Part shown: one piece after another, positions 34,468 to 43,158 of the stretch
Layout: each line of letters starts with the position of its first letter
How positions within the stretch are numbered: position 1 is the first letter of the stretch
Source: Coriobacteriia bacterium
GTDB lineage: Bacteria > Actinomycetota > Coriobacteriia > Anaerosomatales > JAGXFU01
Direction: 5' to 3'
Assembly: GCA_041739935.1 (NCBI GenBank)
Contig: JBGSMX010000274.1
Span: 1-43,720, forward strand
Length of the DNA stretch: 43,720 nucleotides
Made by a program: the position numbers and the translations under genes
The notes under the pieces: generated by a model
Databases searched by the model: none
Told to the model about the DNA's origin: nothing
The model's input: only the letters and a program-made list of their open reading frames with translations

Positions 34468-37359
34468 TCAGCGAGCGAGGTGCGCGACTACCTGCTCTCG
34501 GACCGCCTGGGAAATCGCCGCTGCACCACCCACAAAGGTGACATCGCAGCACTGGTCGAGCGGCAGCGACTCAAGCATCGCGGCCACGTCCGCATCGAGC
34601 GAGGAACGCGGGGTGAGCAGCAGGACTGAGCCGGCCTTCGCCTGGCGAACACTGCAGGTCAGGGCGTCGGGGAAGTCCTGACCGGTGGCGATCGCCATGT
34701 GCGTATAGCCGAGTAGTCCGCCGTCTGCGGCATAGGCCGCGATGCTCAGTGCCGTCTCGTAACGGTCCTTTCCGGAGAGCCTGATTCCTGTCGAACCCGA
34801 GCGATTCGCGGCTTGCGTTTGGACGGCAGTCGAAACTGCCGCGGGTCCGCCGACAACCAGTGCGCGGCACTCGGGGTGCTCGTCTATGAAGGCTGCGGTC
34901 GCCGCGGACAGCTCGGTCGGTTTGGTGAGCAGCACCGGCCAGCCGAGCGCGGCAGACAGCGGGGAGGCCGCCAGCACGTCGGGGAAGCTGAGGCCCGAAG
35001 CCAGCACGTAGGTACCGTCCCAGGGTCGGCCGGCGCTCTCCATTGCCTCCAGTGTCGCCTGGGCCACAAGCTGTGCGGTCTCGTAACGGTCGGCACCGCC
35101 GATTCTGACGACGTGTGTTGAACCGACGAGTCCCTCGAAGTGAGCTGCCACCTGAGCGCTGACCGCGCTGGGACCACCGATGACAATGACCTGAGCGGGG
35201 AGCAGCCGACGGGCCTCCGTCGCGACCGCCGCAGGTACGCTGTCGGTCTTCACGAGCAGAATCGGAGCGTCAAGCGCACCGGCGAGCGATGCCGCGCCAA
35301 GTCCGTCAGGCCACGAGCTGCCGGTGACCACGATCAGCGTCTCGGCCCCACCCGGAAACGACTCCCTCGAGACCTGAGCGGCGGTGTCGCAACGGTCCGC
35401 ACCCGCAAGCGTCCTGATGCTGACCGTGGCTTCACGTACTACCACCGACTCAAGCGTGGGTTTCTCGGCATTGCCGGCGATATCGACCGAGTAGTACTCA
35501 AGCGTGTGCTCGCCGCGCGTTCCTATCACAACGCGGTCGCCCTCGACCCACTCCGCGCCGTCGAGGCGATGCAGCGTGCGTGCAACTGCCGAGTCATCGG
35601 TTGCGAGAAGCTGAACCGTGGCGGGAGCGAGCAGCAGCCGGTTCGTGTCGGCCGAGGTGACGGGCGGTTGGGTATCGCTGCTGATCGCGATATCGACGCT
35701 GCCGAAGATCTGGCCGCTCGCGATGACTACGTCGGTCGCCGACTCAAGAGTCTGCCCGCCAAAGAACCGGGCTGTCTGCGGGGAGTCCTTGAGCGCGGCG
35801 GTGACGCGGTACGTTCCTGCCCTGAGCGATTTCAGCTCGTACGTGCCCGCCGTGTCGCTGCGGGTCTCGGCGACCGCAGACCACGTGCCGGCCTCGCCGT
35901 CGTAGCGCAGGGCCTGAATCCGAGCAGCGTCTACCGTATCGCCGGAGCCCGGATCCGTGATTCGCCCAGAGATTGTTGCAGCCGGTTCGAGCCCGACATC
36001 GACGACGAGCCCCTCGGCGCGGACGTCGAGCTCGGTCACGTGTTCTCCGCACGTGCAGCCATCGTGGTAGGCCGGGCAGTAGGCTCCATCCTGCGCGCAG
36101 AACCATAGGGCGTAGGTTCCGGTGTGGTAGTCGATCGAGAAGGAGCCGTCAGCGAGCGTGGTCGCCTGCGCTTGCGATACCCAGCCGGCGTCGCTGCGGG
36201 TCACGAGCGAGACGCTGACGTTTCCGAGAGGGTCTCCGCTGAGTGAGTCACTGACCGTGCCCTGAACGCGTGACGGGGCGGCCAGACTCGCCTCCAGTGC
36301 GACTGACGGTCCGTCCACACGCACTTCCTCGGCCGCGTCGAGGTTGTTAGCATTCGGGTGGAAGCTCGACAGGCTCGTGCCGGAGTTGTCGGTGTATCCG
36401 AACCGGTAGGTGCCGTGAGCCAGCGGCATGGACCATGCGCCCGACGCCTCGGTCACCGTCCAGGAGAACGCCTGCCACCGGCCGTTGGCGTAGCGGTAGG
36501 CGGCCACGGACACGTTGCCCAGCGGCGTAGCGCCATCCCATGCGGTGACCACGCCGTGTATGCGAGACCATTCCACCGCGCAGAAGCTGCCGGTGTTGAG
36601 ATCCTGACCGGGCTGCAGCTCCACAGAGTCGGCGTCTTCGAGCGCGGAGGCCTCATTCCAGTAGCGAGTCGGGTAGGCGCCCCCGGCCGCCGAGTACGAG
36701 AGTCGGTAAGCGCCTGGCTCGAGCGTGAGCGTATAGCTGCCGTTCGAGGCCGCCGTGGTCTTCGCCGTGATGTTCCAGCCTGTGGTGTCAGGTGCGTAGG
36801 CCGTTACGGTGGCTCCCGGCAGCGGCATGTCAGCGACGCCGGTGACCGACCCCAAGACCGTCGCCGGCACTACCTTGCGAACCCGAAGTGCGTAGGAGCC
36901 GGTGGTCCAGTAGCTGAAGCCCGTGACCCGGATGTGCCAGGTACCAGATGTCGCGGCGGTCACTACAAGCCGGGGCATGAGGTTCGTACCGCCGTCGTCA
37001 TCGGTGGCGAACGCCACCGGCGATGTAGACGCGAACACGTCGATGCGAACGTCGAACCAGGGGTCGGTCGCCGATGGCACGGCTTCGATCACGTAGGTGT
37101 CGCCGGCGGATACCGCCAGTGCCATCCAGTCCACATCACCGTCAACGTCAAGCGCCCGCCAGACCAGAGCGTTGTCGCAGGCGATTCCGGCGACCGAGAC
37201 GCGAGAGTCGTCGGGCTCCCAGGCGTCGGAGGCATCGGCGGTTGCCGGAAGGAGAGCGGCAGCAAGTACGAGTAGGGACGTGATCGCAAGTACCCCGCGC
37301 AGACCATGAAGCCTGTTTCTCGCGGCGATTCCAGCACGTGTTGCGATTCCCGCGTTCAT
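34468..37359 (-). CDS. Secreted 963-aa surface protein: PPC-like domain, repeated carboxypeptidase-regulatory-like beta-sandwich domains, an Ig-like domain and three C-terminal CWB2-type repeats
   Basis: Signal peptide (LVLAAALLPATADA). N-terminal D-rich PPC-like motif (DVDGDVDWMAL.V.AGDTY.I). At least 4 repeats of G.V......PL....V.......G.W.........G.Y.L.L..G.Y(R/A). The C-terminus has ADRCDT, ADRYET and KDRYET repeats with PDAL/PDGL..A(S)L..AL..P(I/V)LL. Confidence 0.8.
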   Translation of the reverse strand: MNAGIATRAGIAARNRLHGLRGVLAITSLLVLAAALLPATADASDAWEPDDSRVSVAGIACDNALVWRALDVDGDVDWMALAVSAGDTYVIEAVPSATDPWFDVRIDVFASTSPVAFATDDDGGTNLMPRLVVTAATSGTWHIRVTGFSYWTTGSYALRVRKVVPATVLGSVTGVADMPLPGATVTAYAPDTTGWNITAKTTAASNGSYTLTLEPGAYRLSYSAAGGAYPTRYWNEASALEDADSVELQPGQDLNTGSFCAVEWSRIHGVVTAWDGATPLGNVSVAAYRYANGRWQAFSWTVTEASGAWSMPLAHGTYRFGYTDNSGTSLSSFHPNANNLDAAEEVRVDGPSVALEASLAAPSRVQGTVSDSLSGDPLGNVSVSLVTRSDAGWVSQAQATTLADGSFSIDYHTGTYALWFCAQDGAYCPAYHDGCTCGEHVTELDVRAEGLVVDVGLEPAATISGRITDPGSGDTVDAARIQALRYDGEAGTWSAVAETRSDTAGTYELKSLRAGTYRVTAALKDSPQTARFFGGQTLESATDVVIASGQIFGSVDIAISSDTQPPVTSADTNRLLLAPATVQLLATDDSAVARTLHRLDGAEWVEGDRVVIGTRGEHTLEYYSVDIAGNAEKPTLESVVVREATVSIRTLAGADRCDTAAQVSRESFPGGAETLIVVTGSSWPDGLGAASLAGALDAPILLVKTDSVPAAVATEARRLLPAQVIVIGGPSAVSAQVAAHFEGLVGSTHVVRIGGADRYETAQLVAQATLEAMESAGRPWDGTYVLASGLSFPDVLAASPLSAALGWPVLLTKPTELSAATAAFIDEHPECRALVVGGPAAVSTAVQTQAANRSGSTGIRLSGKDRYETALSIAAYAADGGLLGYTHMAIATGQDFPDALTCSVRQAKAGSVLLLTPRSSLDADVAAMLESLPLDQCCDVTFVGGAAAISQAVREQVVAHLAR

Positions 37360-37852
37360 GTCGTTCTCCCCGACTTGCCGCGACTAAAGGTCGCAGGTAG
37401 CTGCTCTAAGGTAATTATCGGCGACAAACGGGCAGTATATTAGTATGAGCGGCGACGAACGGTCGACCCCTGCGCTACAATGGACACAACAGCGACCGTT
37501 TGTCGGAACTGCGACCGCTCATCATGACTTGGAAGCTGGTTAGAGTTGGTTTTGTCCGCCATGCGAAGATGCGTTCGTCGGGGCGGAACGTCCCGGGCGA
37601 GAGGGGGCATGTCGGGCTTCTCGGCAAGAGACGAGCGGATGCGTGACACCAACCCGAACGGTGAGGAGAGGGAGACTCCTGAGGGGCACCAGATCGGGAG
37701 AAAGCGGTTCACCTTTCGAGCCCGAGGTACTCGCTACCTCGCGGGTGGGGTCGGCGACCTGAAGGGGTCGTCGGCCTCACTGATTCTGCCGTCCGGGGGA
37801 ACGCGTCGCGCGGTTTTGCGCGCGCAGATGACCGTCGTATGTGGCCTCGGCT

Positions 37853-37861
37853 GTGCTAGAA
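37853..37861 (+). promoter_or_regulatory. Extended -10 promoter element candidate for secA
   Basis: TGcTAGAAT at 37853-37861, about 49 nt upstream of the secA ATG. Confidence 0.35.
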
Positions 37862-37909
37862 TCGTGTCTGCTTTCGCACCCAATCCCACTGGTAGAGGTG
37901 TCATCACAC

Positions 37910-40663
37910 ATGGCCAATATCCTGGGCAAGCTGCTCACTCTGGGCGAGGGCAGGCAGCTTCGCCAGTTCGAGGGCATCGTGGCTCGAGTGAACGAACTGG
38001 AGCCGGACCTTGCGAAACTCACCGACGATCAATTCCCCGGGCTGACCGCACGCTATCGTGAGCGCTTCGACAACGGCGAGACGCTCGACGACTTGCTTCC
38101 CGAGGCGTTCGCCGCTGCCCGCGAAGCAGGCCGGCGCGCGTTGGGGATGCGGCATTTCGACGTTCAGCTGATCGGTGGCATGGTTCTGCATCGCGGCATG
38201 ATCGCCGAGATGAAGACCGGCGAGGGCAAGACGCTGGTCGCCACGCTTGCCGTCTACTTGAATACGCTGTCGAGCGCGGGCGTGCACGTGGTCACCGTGA
38301 ACGACTACCTGGCCAAACGGGACAGCGAGTGGATGGGCCAGGTCTACAAGTTCTTAGGGCTGGACGTTGGCATCATCCAGGCGCAGATGCCGCCGGCGCT
38401 GAGGAAACCCGCGTACGCTGCGGACGTCACCTACGGAACCAACAGCGAGTTCGGTTTCGACTACCTGCGAGACAACATGGTGGTCGTGCCCGGTAACCGC
38501 GTTCAGCGCGGTCATAGCTACGCGATTGTGGACGAGGTCGACTCGATACTGATCGACGAGGCGCGCACGCCGCTCATCATCAGCGGAGCGGGCACGAAGT
38601 CGGCTGACTCGTACAAGTCGTTCGCGAAGATCATTCCCCGGCTGCGTCCGGACGTGGATTTCGAACTCGACGAGGCCAAGCGCACCGTCGCACCGACCGA
38701 AGATGGCGTTCACCGGGTCGAGCAGGCGCTCGGCATCGAGGATCTGTACTCGGACCCGAGTGGGCAGATGGTCAACCATCTGCAGCAGGCCCTCAAGGCC
38801 GAGTTCTTGTTCAAGAAGGATGTCGACTACGTCGTCAAAGACGGCGAGGTGCTCATCGTCGACGAGTTCACCGGTCGGCTCATGGTAGGACGCCGCTACT
38901 CCGAGGGCCTCCACCAGGCCATCGAGGCGAAAGAAAAGCAGCACGTCCGCGAGGAGAATCAGACGCTCGCGACCATCACGCTGCAAAACTACTTCCGCAT
39001 GTACGACAAGCTCGCCGGCATGACCGGTACCGCCGTGACCGAAGACGCCGAGTTCAGGGAGATCTACAGCCTGCCGGTCATGGTCATCCCCACCAATCAG
39101 CCCATGGTGCGCGACGATCGCAACGATCTGATCTACCGCACTGTCGACGCCAAGTTCTCCGCCGTTGCCGAGGAGATCGCGGAGCGCAACGACACAGGTC
39201 AACCGAGCCTCGTGGGCACGATCTCCATCGAGAACTCGGAACGGCTTTCGCGTGCGCTTAGCAAGCGTGGAGTCGAGCACAAGGTGCTCAACGCCAAATT
39301 TCACGAGATGGAAGCGCACATCGTCGCGCAGGCCGGTCGCCTGCGGGCCGTCACAATTGCCACCAACATGGCCGGTCGTGGAACCGACATCATTCTGGGC
39401 GGCAACCCCGAGTTCCTGGTCGAGGAACTGCTCGTCGAGCGCGGTGTCGACCCGGCAGAAGCCACCGAGGAGCAGCACAGCGAGGCACTTTCCTCGGCCA
39501 AGGCGATCTGCGCCAAGGAGCACGTCGAGGTTGTGAACGCAGGTGGCCTGGCGGTCATCGGAACCGAGCGTCACGATTCCCGGCGAATCGACAACCAGCT
39601 GCGCGGCCGCTCCGGTCGCCAGGGAGACCCCGGTCTTTCGCAGTTCTACCTCTCGCTCGAAGACGACCTCATGCGGCTGTTCGGCGGCGACCGGATGGAC
39701 CGCATCTCGGGCATGATGCAGCGCACGAATCTGCCCGATGACCTGCCCATTCAGGCGGGCATGGTCTCCAAGGCCATAGAGAGCGCGCAGCGTCAGGTCG
39801 AGGCGATGAACTTCGGCGCCCGCAAGCACGTACTCGAGTACGACGACGTGATGAACAAGCAGCGCGAGGTCATCTATCAGGAGCGCAACCGTATCCTGGA
39901 CGGCAAGGACATCCACGGCCGCGTGACCGAGATGATGGGCGAGGTCATAGCCACAGCCGTGCTCGATCTGTGCCCGGAGAAGGTCTACGCCGAGGAATGG
40001 GACTGGGATGGGCTGGGCATGTGGTTCCGCGATCTCACCGGACTTGAAGGCGTGGTCGAGGAGCAGCGTGCGGGGGCGGACAACCCGCACGAGCTAGCCG
40101 ATGCACTTGCCGAGCGTGCCCTCGAGAAATACACCGAGAAAGAGACGGCGCTCGGCGCGGATTCGCTGCGCGAGCTCGAGCGTCAGGTCATGCTGCGCAT
40201 CATCGACACCAGGTGGATGGAACACCTGCTCGAGATGGACTACCTGAAAGACGGGATCGGGCTTCGCGCTATGGGTCAGCGCGATCCGCTTATCGAGTAC
40301 AAGTCAGAGGCGTACAACATGTTCGGGGACCTCGTGGGTTCGATCAACGAGGACTTCTTGCGTACCATCATGCGTATCCAGGTCGTGCGCGAACCGGCTC
40401 CCGAGCCCCAGATCAAAGACGTCTCGTATACGGCGCCCAGCGAGAGCACGATCTTCAAGGGAGCAGTGGACGCGGCGGCTCACGCCGGACCTGCGGGTCC
40501 ATCCCCGGATCAGATCGCTGCGGCTTCGGCTGCAGCGGGTGGCGGCAAGGCGGCGACGGTCACGAAGGATACGTCGGACCCGTTCGCGAATGTCGGACGC
40601 AACGACCCGTGCCCGTGCGGCAGCGGCAAGAAGTACAAAAAGTGCCACGGAGCGAGCGCGTAA
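37910..40663 (+). CDS. secA: Preprotein translocase ATPase SecA
   Basis: N-terminus [17 protein letters not shown], Walker [13 protein letters not shown]-like [29 protein letters not shown] and the C-terminal zinc motif [14 protein letters not shown]. The ORF opens at 37841; ATG 37910 matches the family start. Confidence 0.97.
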   Translation: MANILGKLLTLGEGRQLRQFEGIVARVNELEPDLAKLTDDQFPGLTARYRERFDNGETLDDLLPEAFAAAREAGRRALGMRHFDVQLIGGMVLHRGMIAEMKTGEGKTLVATLAVYLNTLSSAGVHVVTVNDYLAKRDSEWMGQVYKFLGLDVGIIQAQMPPALRKPAYAADVTYGTNSEFGFDYLRDNMVVVPGNRVQRGHSYAIVDEVDSILIDEARTPLIISGAGTKSADSYKSFAKIIPRLRPDVDFELDEAKRTVAPTEDGVHRVEQALGIEDLYSDPSGQMVNHLQQALKAEFLFKKDVDYVVKDGEVLIVDEFTGRLMVGRRYSEGLHQAIEAKEKQHVREENQTLATITLQNYFRMYDKLAGMTGTAVTEDAEFREIYSLPVMVIPTNQPMVRDDRNDLIYRTVDAKFSAVAEEIAERNDTGQPSLVGTISIENSERLSRALSKRGVEHKVLNAKFHEMEAHIVAQAGRLRAVTIATNMAGRGTDIILGGNPEFLVEELLVERGVDPAEATEEQHSEALSSAKAICAKEHVEVVNAGGLAVIGTERHDSRRIDNQLRGRSGRQGDPGLSQFYLSLEDDLMRLFGGDRMDRISGMMQRTNLPDDLPIQAGMVSKAIESAQRQVEAMNFGARKHVLEYDDVMNKQREVIYQERNRILDGKDIHGRVTEMMGEVIATAVLDLCPEKVYAEEWDWDGLGMWFRDLTGLEGVVEEQRAGADNPHELADALAERALEKYTEKETALGADSLRELERQVMLRIIDTRWMEHLLEMDYLKDGIGLRAMGQRDPLIEYKSEAYNMFGDLVGSINEDFLRTIMRIQVVREPAPEPQIKDVSYTAPSESTIFKGAVDAAAHAGPAGPSPDQIAAASAAAGGGKAATVTKDTSDPFANVGRNDPCPCGSGKKYKKCHGASA

Positions 40664-40688
40664 GCGCAGCGTGCGCGAGGCAATGCAA

Positions 40689-40727
40689 AGGACCGGCGCG
40701 GCCTGCTTGGCCATAGGCGCCGGTCCT
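40689..40727. terminator. Bidirectional terminator hairpin between the convergent secA and 40749-41186 genes
   Basis: Perfect 11-bp stem AGGACCGGCGC / GCGCCGGTCCT (40689-40699 and 40717-40727). Confidence 0.6.
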
Positions 40728-40748
40728 CGTGACGCCGGGCGTGAGGGG

Positions 40749-41186
40749 TTACTCGCAGTAGACCCGCACGTTGTCGCCGTTTGCCGAGTCCACGTTGACC
40801 TCCATCTCGCGCAAGGCGATGAGCAACTCCTCGATGTCCTCGGGCTTGAGGTTCTGGAAGTCGATCGACATGCCGTGTTCGGACATCGAGTCGTTGAGCT
40901 GGTCCATCGCCTGCGGGGGGATCAGGGACGTGAGCTTGAGCCCCGCGCGTACCAGTTGCAGGGGTACTTTCACGTCGACGTTGTCTCCGTCGGTGCTGAT
41001 GATCTTCACGTACAGGAACTTCGGGGCTCCCAGCGGCGCCTTGGTGGCCGGCGTCGTGTCTGCGCCTTCTGCAGGCGCGGAATCGACCGCGCCAACCTGC
41101 AGCGCGTCGAGCAGGCGCTCGGCTTCCTCGGCAGAGATCTTACCAGCGGCAAGCATGTTCAGGATTCGTGCGCGATCTTCACTCAT
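40749..41186 (-). CDS. SHOCT-like / YvlB-LiaX N-terminal-like domain protein
   Basis: N-terminus ARILNMLAAGKISAEEAERLLDAL, an Ala/Pro linker, then a ~95-aa acidic domain. AGGAG RBS on the minus strand. Confidence 0.65.
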   Translation of the reverse strand: MSEDRARILNMLAAGKISAEEAERLLDALQVGAVDSAPAEGADTTPATKAPLGAPKFLYVKIISTDGDNVDVKVPLQLVRAGLKLTSLIPPQAMDQLNDSMSEHGMSIDFQNLKPEDIEELLIALREMEVNVDSANGDNVRVYCE

Positions 41187-41200
41187 GACGTGCTCCTAAC

Positions 41201-41473
41201 CTAGACGAGTTTGAAATCGATGTTCGTGTCGCCGCTGTGTACGACCGCGGTCAGTCCACGCGTGGCGTTGAGGATCCCGAGAACGCCCACGAACAGGCGC
41301 GTGTAGCTGTGGAACCGCTGGCCGGCAAGGTAGAGGACGATGTCGGCGAGAAGCGTGAGCGGAACCACGATCACAATGACGATCAGTCCGACCGGCCACA
41401 GCAAGAACAACGGCAGCCACAGGCGGAACCGCCAGCCGAAACCCATGAGGATGAATGCCGGAGGCACGATCAT
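41201..41473 (-). CDS. Small membrane protein (2-3 TM), unknown function
   Basis: 90 aa and very hydrophobic (FILMGFGWRFRLWLPLFLLWPVGLIVIVIVVPLTLLADIVLYL). The ATG overlaps the upstream TGA (ATGA), so it is coupled to the DUF2089 gene. Confidence 0.6.
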   Translation of the reverse strand: MIVPPAFILMGFGWRFRLWLPLFLLWPVGLIVIVIVVPLTLLADIVLYLAGQRFHSYTRLFVGVLGILNATRGLTAVVHSGDTNIDFKLV

Positions 41474-41832
41474 CTCGACAGCCTCTCAACCGCTTCGGCC
41501 GCGGTAATCTCGCCACGTTCGAGCATGCCGAGGACCTCATCGCGCTCGGTGGTGGTCTGAATCTCGACGAGCTGGAGCCTCGCCGCGATCCGGTTGAGGC
41601 GTCCTTTGATCGTCGGGTAGCTCACTCCGAACGCCTTTTCCATGTGCTTGATCGATCCGTGGCACCTCACGAACTCGCCAACGAACACCTGGTCTTCGTA
41701 GGGCAGCGTTGCCAGTATCGGCAGCTCGAACTCGCCGGTGATAGCGATGTCCGAACCGGTGAGGCGAACGCCTGTGACGACGAAGTCCCGATCCCGGGTC
41801 AGTTCCGTAAGGTTGTGCCAGTCGCTAGCCAT
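41470..41832 (-). CDS. DUF2089-like DNA-binding protein lacking the N-terminal zinc-ribbon cysteines
   Basis: ATG 41832 is preceded by AGGAGG. The core LPYEDQVFVGEFVRCHGSIKHMEKAFGVSYPTIKGRLNRIAARL (HTH) matches my memory of DUF2089. The C-terminus has the SHOCT-like motif VLGMLERGEITAAEAVERL. The ORF opens at 41997. Confidence 0.65.
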   Translation of the reverse strand: MASDWHNLTELTRDRDFVVTGVRLTGSDIAITGEFELPILATLPYEDQVFVGEFVRCHGSIKHMEKAFGVSYPTIKGRLNRIAARLQLVEIQTTTERDEVLGMLERGEITAAEAVERLSR

Positions 41833-41961
41833 GGTTCCTCCTTCCCTAAGTGAATGCAGAATATGACCGAGCATTGAGAAAGTCAAGGCATGACTTAAGA
41901 AAATCAATCCAAGCGCCAGAATCAGGTTCCAGCCGACGGGCACGCCACGGTCCGGCGCGCG

Positions 41962-41970
41962 TGCTACAAT
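41962..41970 (+). promoter_or_regulatory. Extended -10 promoter element candidate for prfB
   Basis: TGcTACAAT at 41962-41970, in the AT-richer divergent region between the DUF2089 operon and prfB. Confidence 0.35.
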
Positions 41971-42028
41971 CCGTATGCCCAGCACCCCCTTTGGCACGGA
42001 GCATACGACGACTTTGAGCAGGGAAAAC

Positions 42029-43156
42029 GTGATTCAGGACCGCACGACTGACATATCCGCACTGCGCGAGCGCGTGGGCGACATGGAAGAGTACCTGCGC
42101 ATCGAGGACAAGCGGGCCGAGGCGGCGCGTCTCGAGCAGCAGGCCGCCGAGCCGGGCTTCTGGGACGATGCTCAAGCCGCCCAGGCAGTCATGGCGCAGC
42201 TCTCAGCGGCGCGCGATGACGTGAAACTCCACGGCGCGATCTGCGCGGCGCTCGACGACATCGAAGTCGCGAACGAACTCGCGGTCGAGGGCGACGAGGA
42301 CATGGCCGCCGAGGTCGAGGCGACGCTCGGTGATCTCGTCAAGCGAGTGGATACGCTCGAGGTCGCCACCTGGTTCTCGGGCGAGTTCGATGGCGGCGAT
42401 GCGATCATTACCATCGTTCCCGGTCAGGGTGGGCTCGAGGCCCAGGACTGGACCGAGATGCTCATGAAGATGTACATGAAGTATGCCGAGCGCGCCGGCT
42501 GGAAGGTCGACCTGCACGACGCGCCCGAGGGGACCGAGCTCGGCATCGACCGCGCGGTCTTCACGATGCACGGCCGAAATGCCTACGGCATGCTACTCAG
42601 TGAGGCCGGGGTTCATCGGCTGGTTCGAATCAGCCCGACCGACGAGAAGAAGCGCAGGCAAACGACGTTCGCGGGCGTCGAAGTACTGCCCGTGTTGCCG
42701 CAGACAGTCGAGCTGGACATCAAAGACGATGACCTGCGCATCGACGTGTTTCGCTCGAGCGGACCGGGCGGACAGTCGGTCAACACGACCGACTCCGCGG
42801 TGAGGATCACGCATCTGCCGACAGGGCTGGTCGTGTCGTGCCAGAACGAAAAGAGCCAGCTCAAGAACAAAGAAACCGCGATGACGATCCTGCGGTCCCG
42901 GGTCTTCGAGCTCGAAGAACAGAAGCGGCTCGAAGAGCTCGACGCGTTGCGCGGAGAGCGTAAGGACATCAGCTTCGGAAGCCAGATCCGCAACTACGTG
43001 CTCTACCCCTACCAGCTGGTGAAAGACGTTCGCACCGGCATCGAGACGGGCAACGTGGACGCCGTTCTCGCCGGCGACATCGAAGACTTTATCCTCGGCT
43101 ATCACCGCTGGCGGGTGACCGAGCAGGAGCCTGCGCGCGCGGGAAGCGGGTCGTGA
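42029..43156 (+). CDS. prfB: Peptide chain release factor 2 (single uninterrupted frame)
   Basis: GGQ motif SGPGGQSVN (GGQ at 42767-42775), RITHLPTG and GVHRLVRISPTD. The ORF is open from ATG 41975. GTG 42029 leaves 7 residues before DISALRERV, which matches RF2 N-termini from memory, and sits downstream of the -10 at 41965-41970. Confidence 0.9.
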   Translation: MIQDRTTDISALRERVGDMEEYLRIEDKRAEAARLEQQAAEPGFWDDAQAAQAVMAQLSAARDDVKLHGAICAALDDIEVANELAVEGDEDMAAEVEATLGDLVKRVDTLEVATWFSGEFDGGDAIITIVPGQGGLEAQDWTEMLMKMYMKYAERAGWKVDLHDAPEGTELGIDRAVFTMHGRNAYGMLLSEAGVHRLVRISPTDEKKRRQTTFAGVEVLPVLPQTVELDIKDDDLRIDVFRSSGPGGQSVNTTDSAVRITHLPTGLVVSCQNEKSQLKNKETAMTILRSRVFELEEQKRLEELDALRGERKDISFGSQIRNYVLYPYQLVKDVRTGIETGNVDAVLAGDIEDFILGYHRWRVTEQEPARAGSGS

Positions 43157-43158
43157 GC

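Noticed and set aside
26861-37909. Mobile-element hallmarks at the borders of the hpf-secA insert (integrase, transposase, tRNA target, flanking direct repeats). I also looked for CRISPR-like spaced repeats anywhere in the window.
   Set aside because: I found none by eye. The insert is reported only as a compositionally and syntenically atypical region, not as a mobile element.
37440-38061. ORFs 37546-38061(+), 171 aa, and 37440-37712(-), 90 aa, in the secA upstream region.
   Set aside because: Their composition is Arg/Gly-rich and low in complexity, and neither has an RBS. The + ORF runs out of frame into the well-supported secA start. The region is treated as regulatory or non-coding.
42029-42130. 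Programmed +1 frameshift site (CUU UGA C) expected in many prfB genes.
   Set aside because: The frame is continuous through the equivalent position (…EEYLRIEDKRAE…). There is no in-frame UGA and no upstream SD-like stimulator. The gene is a non-frameshifting prfB.
42622-42630. tRNA T-loop-like sequence GGTTCGAAT.
   Set aside because: It lies inside the prfB reading frame (encoding LVRI). No acceptor or anticodon stems can be drawn around it.
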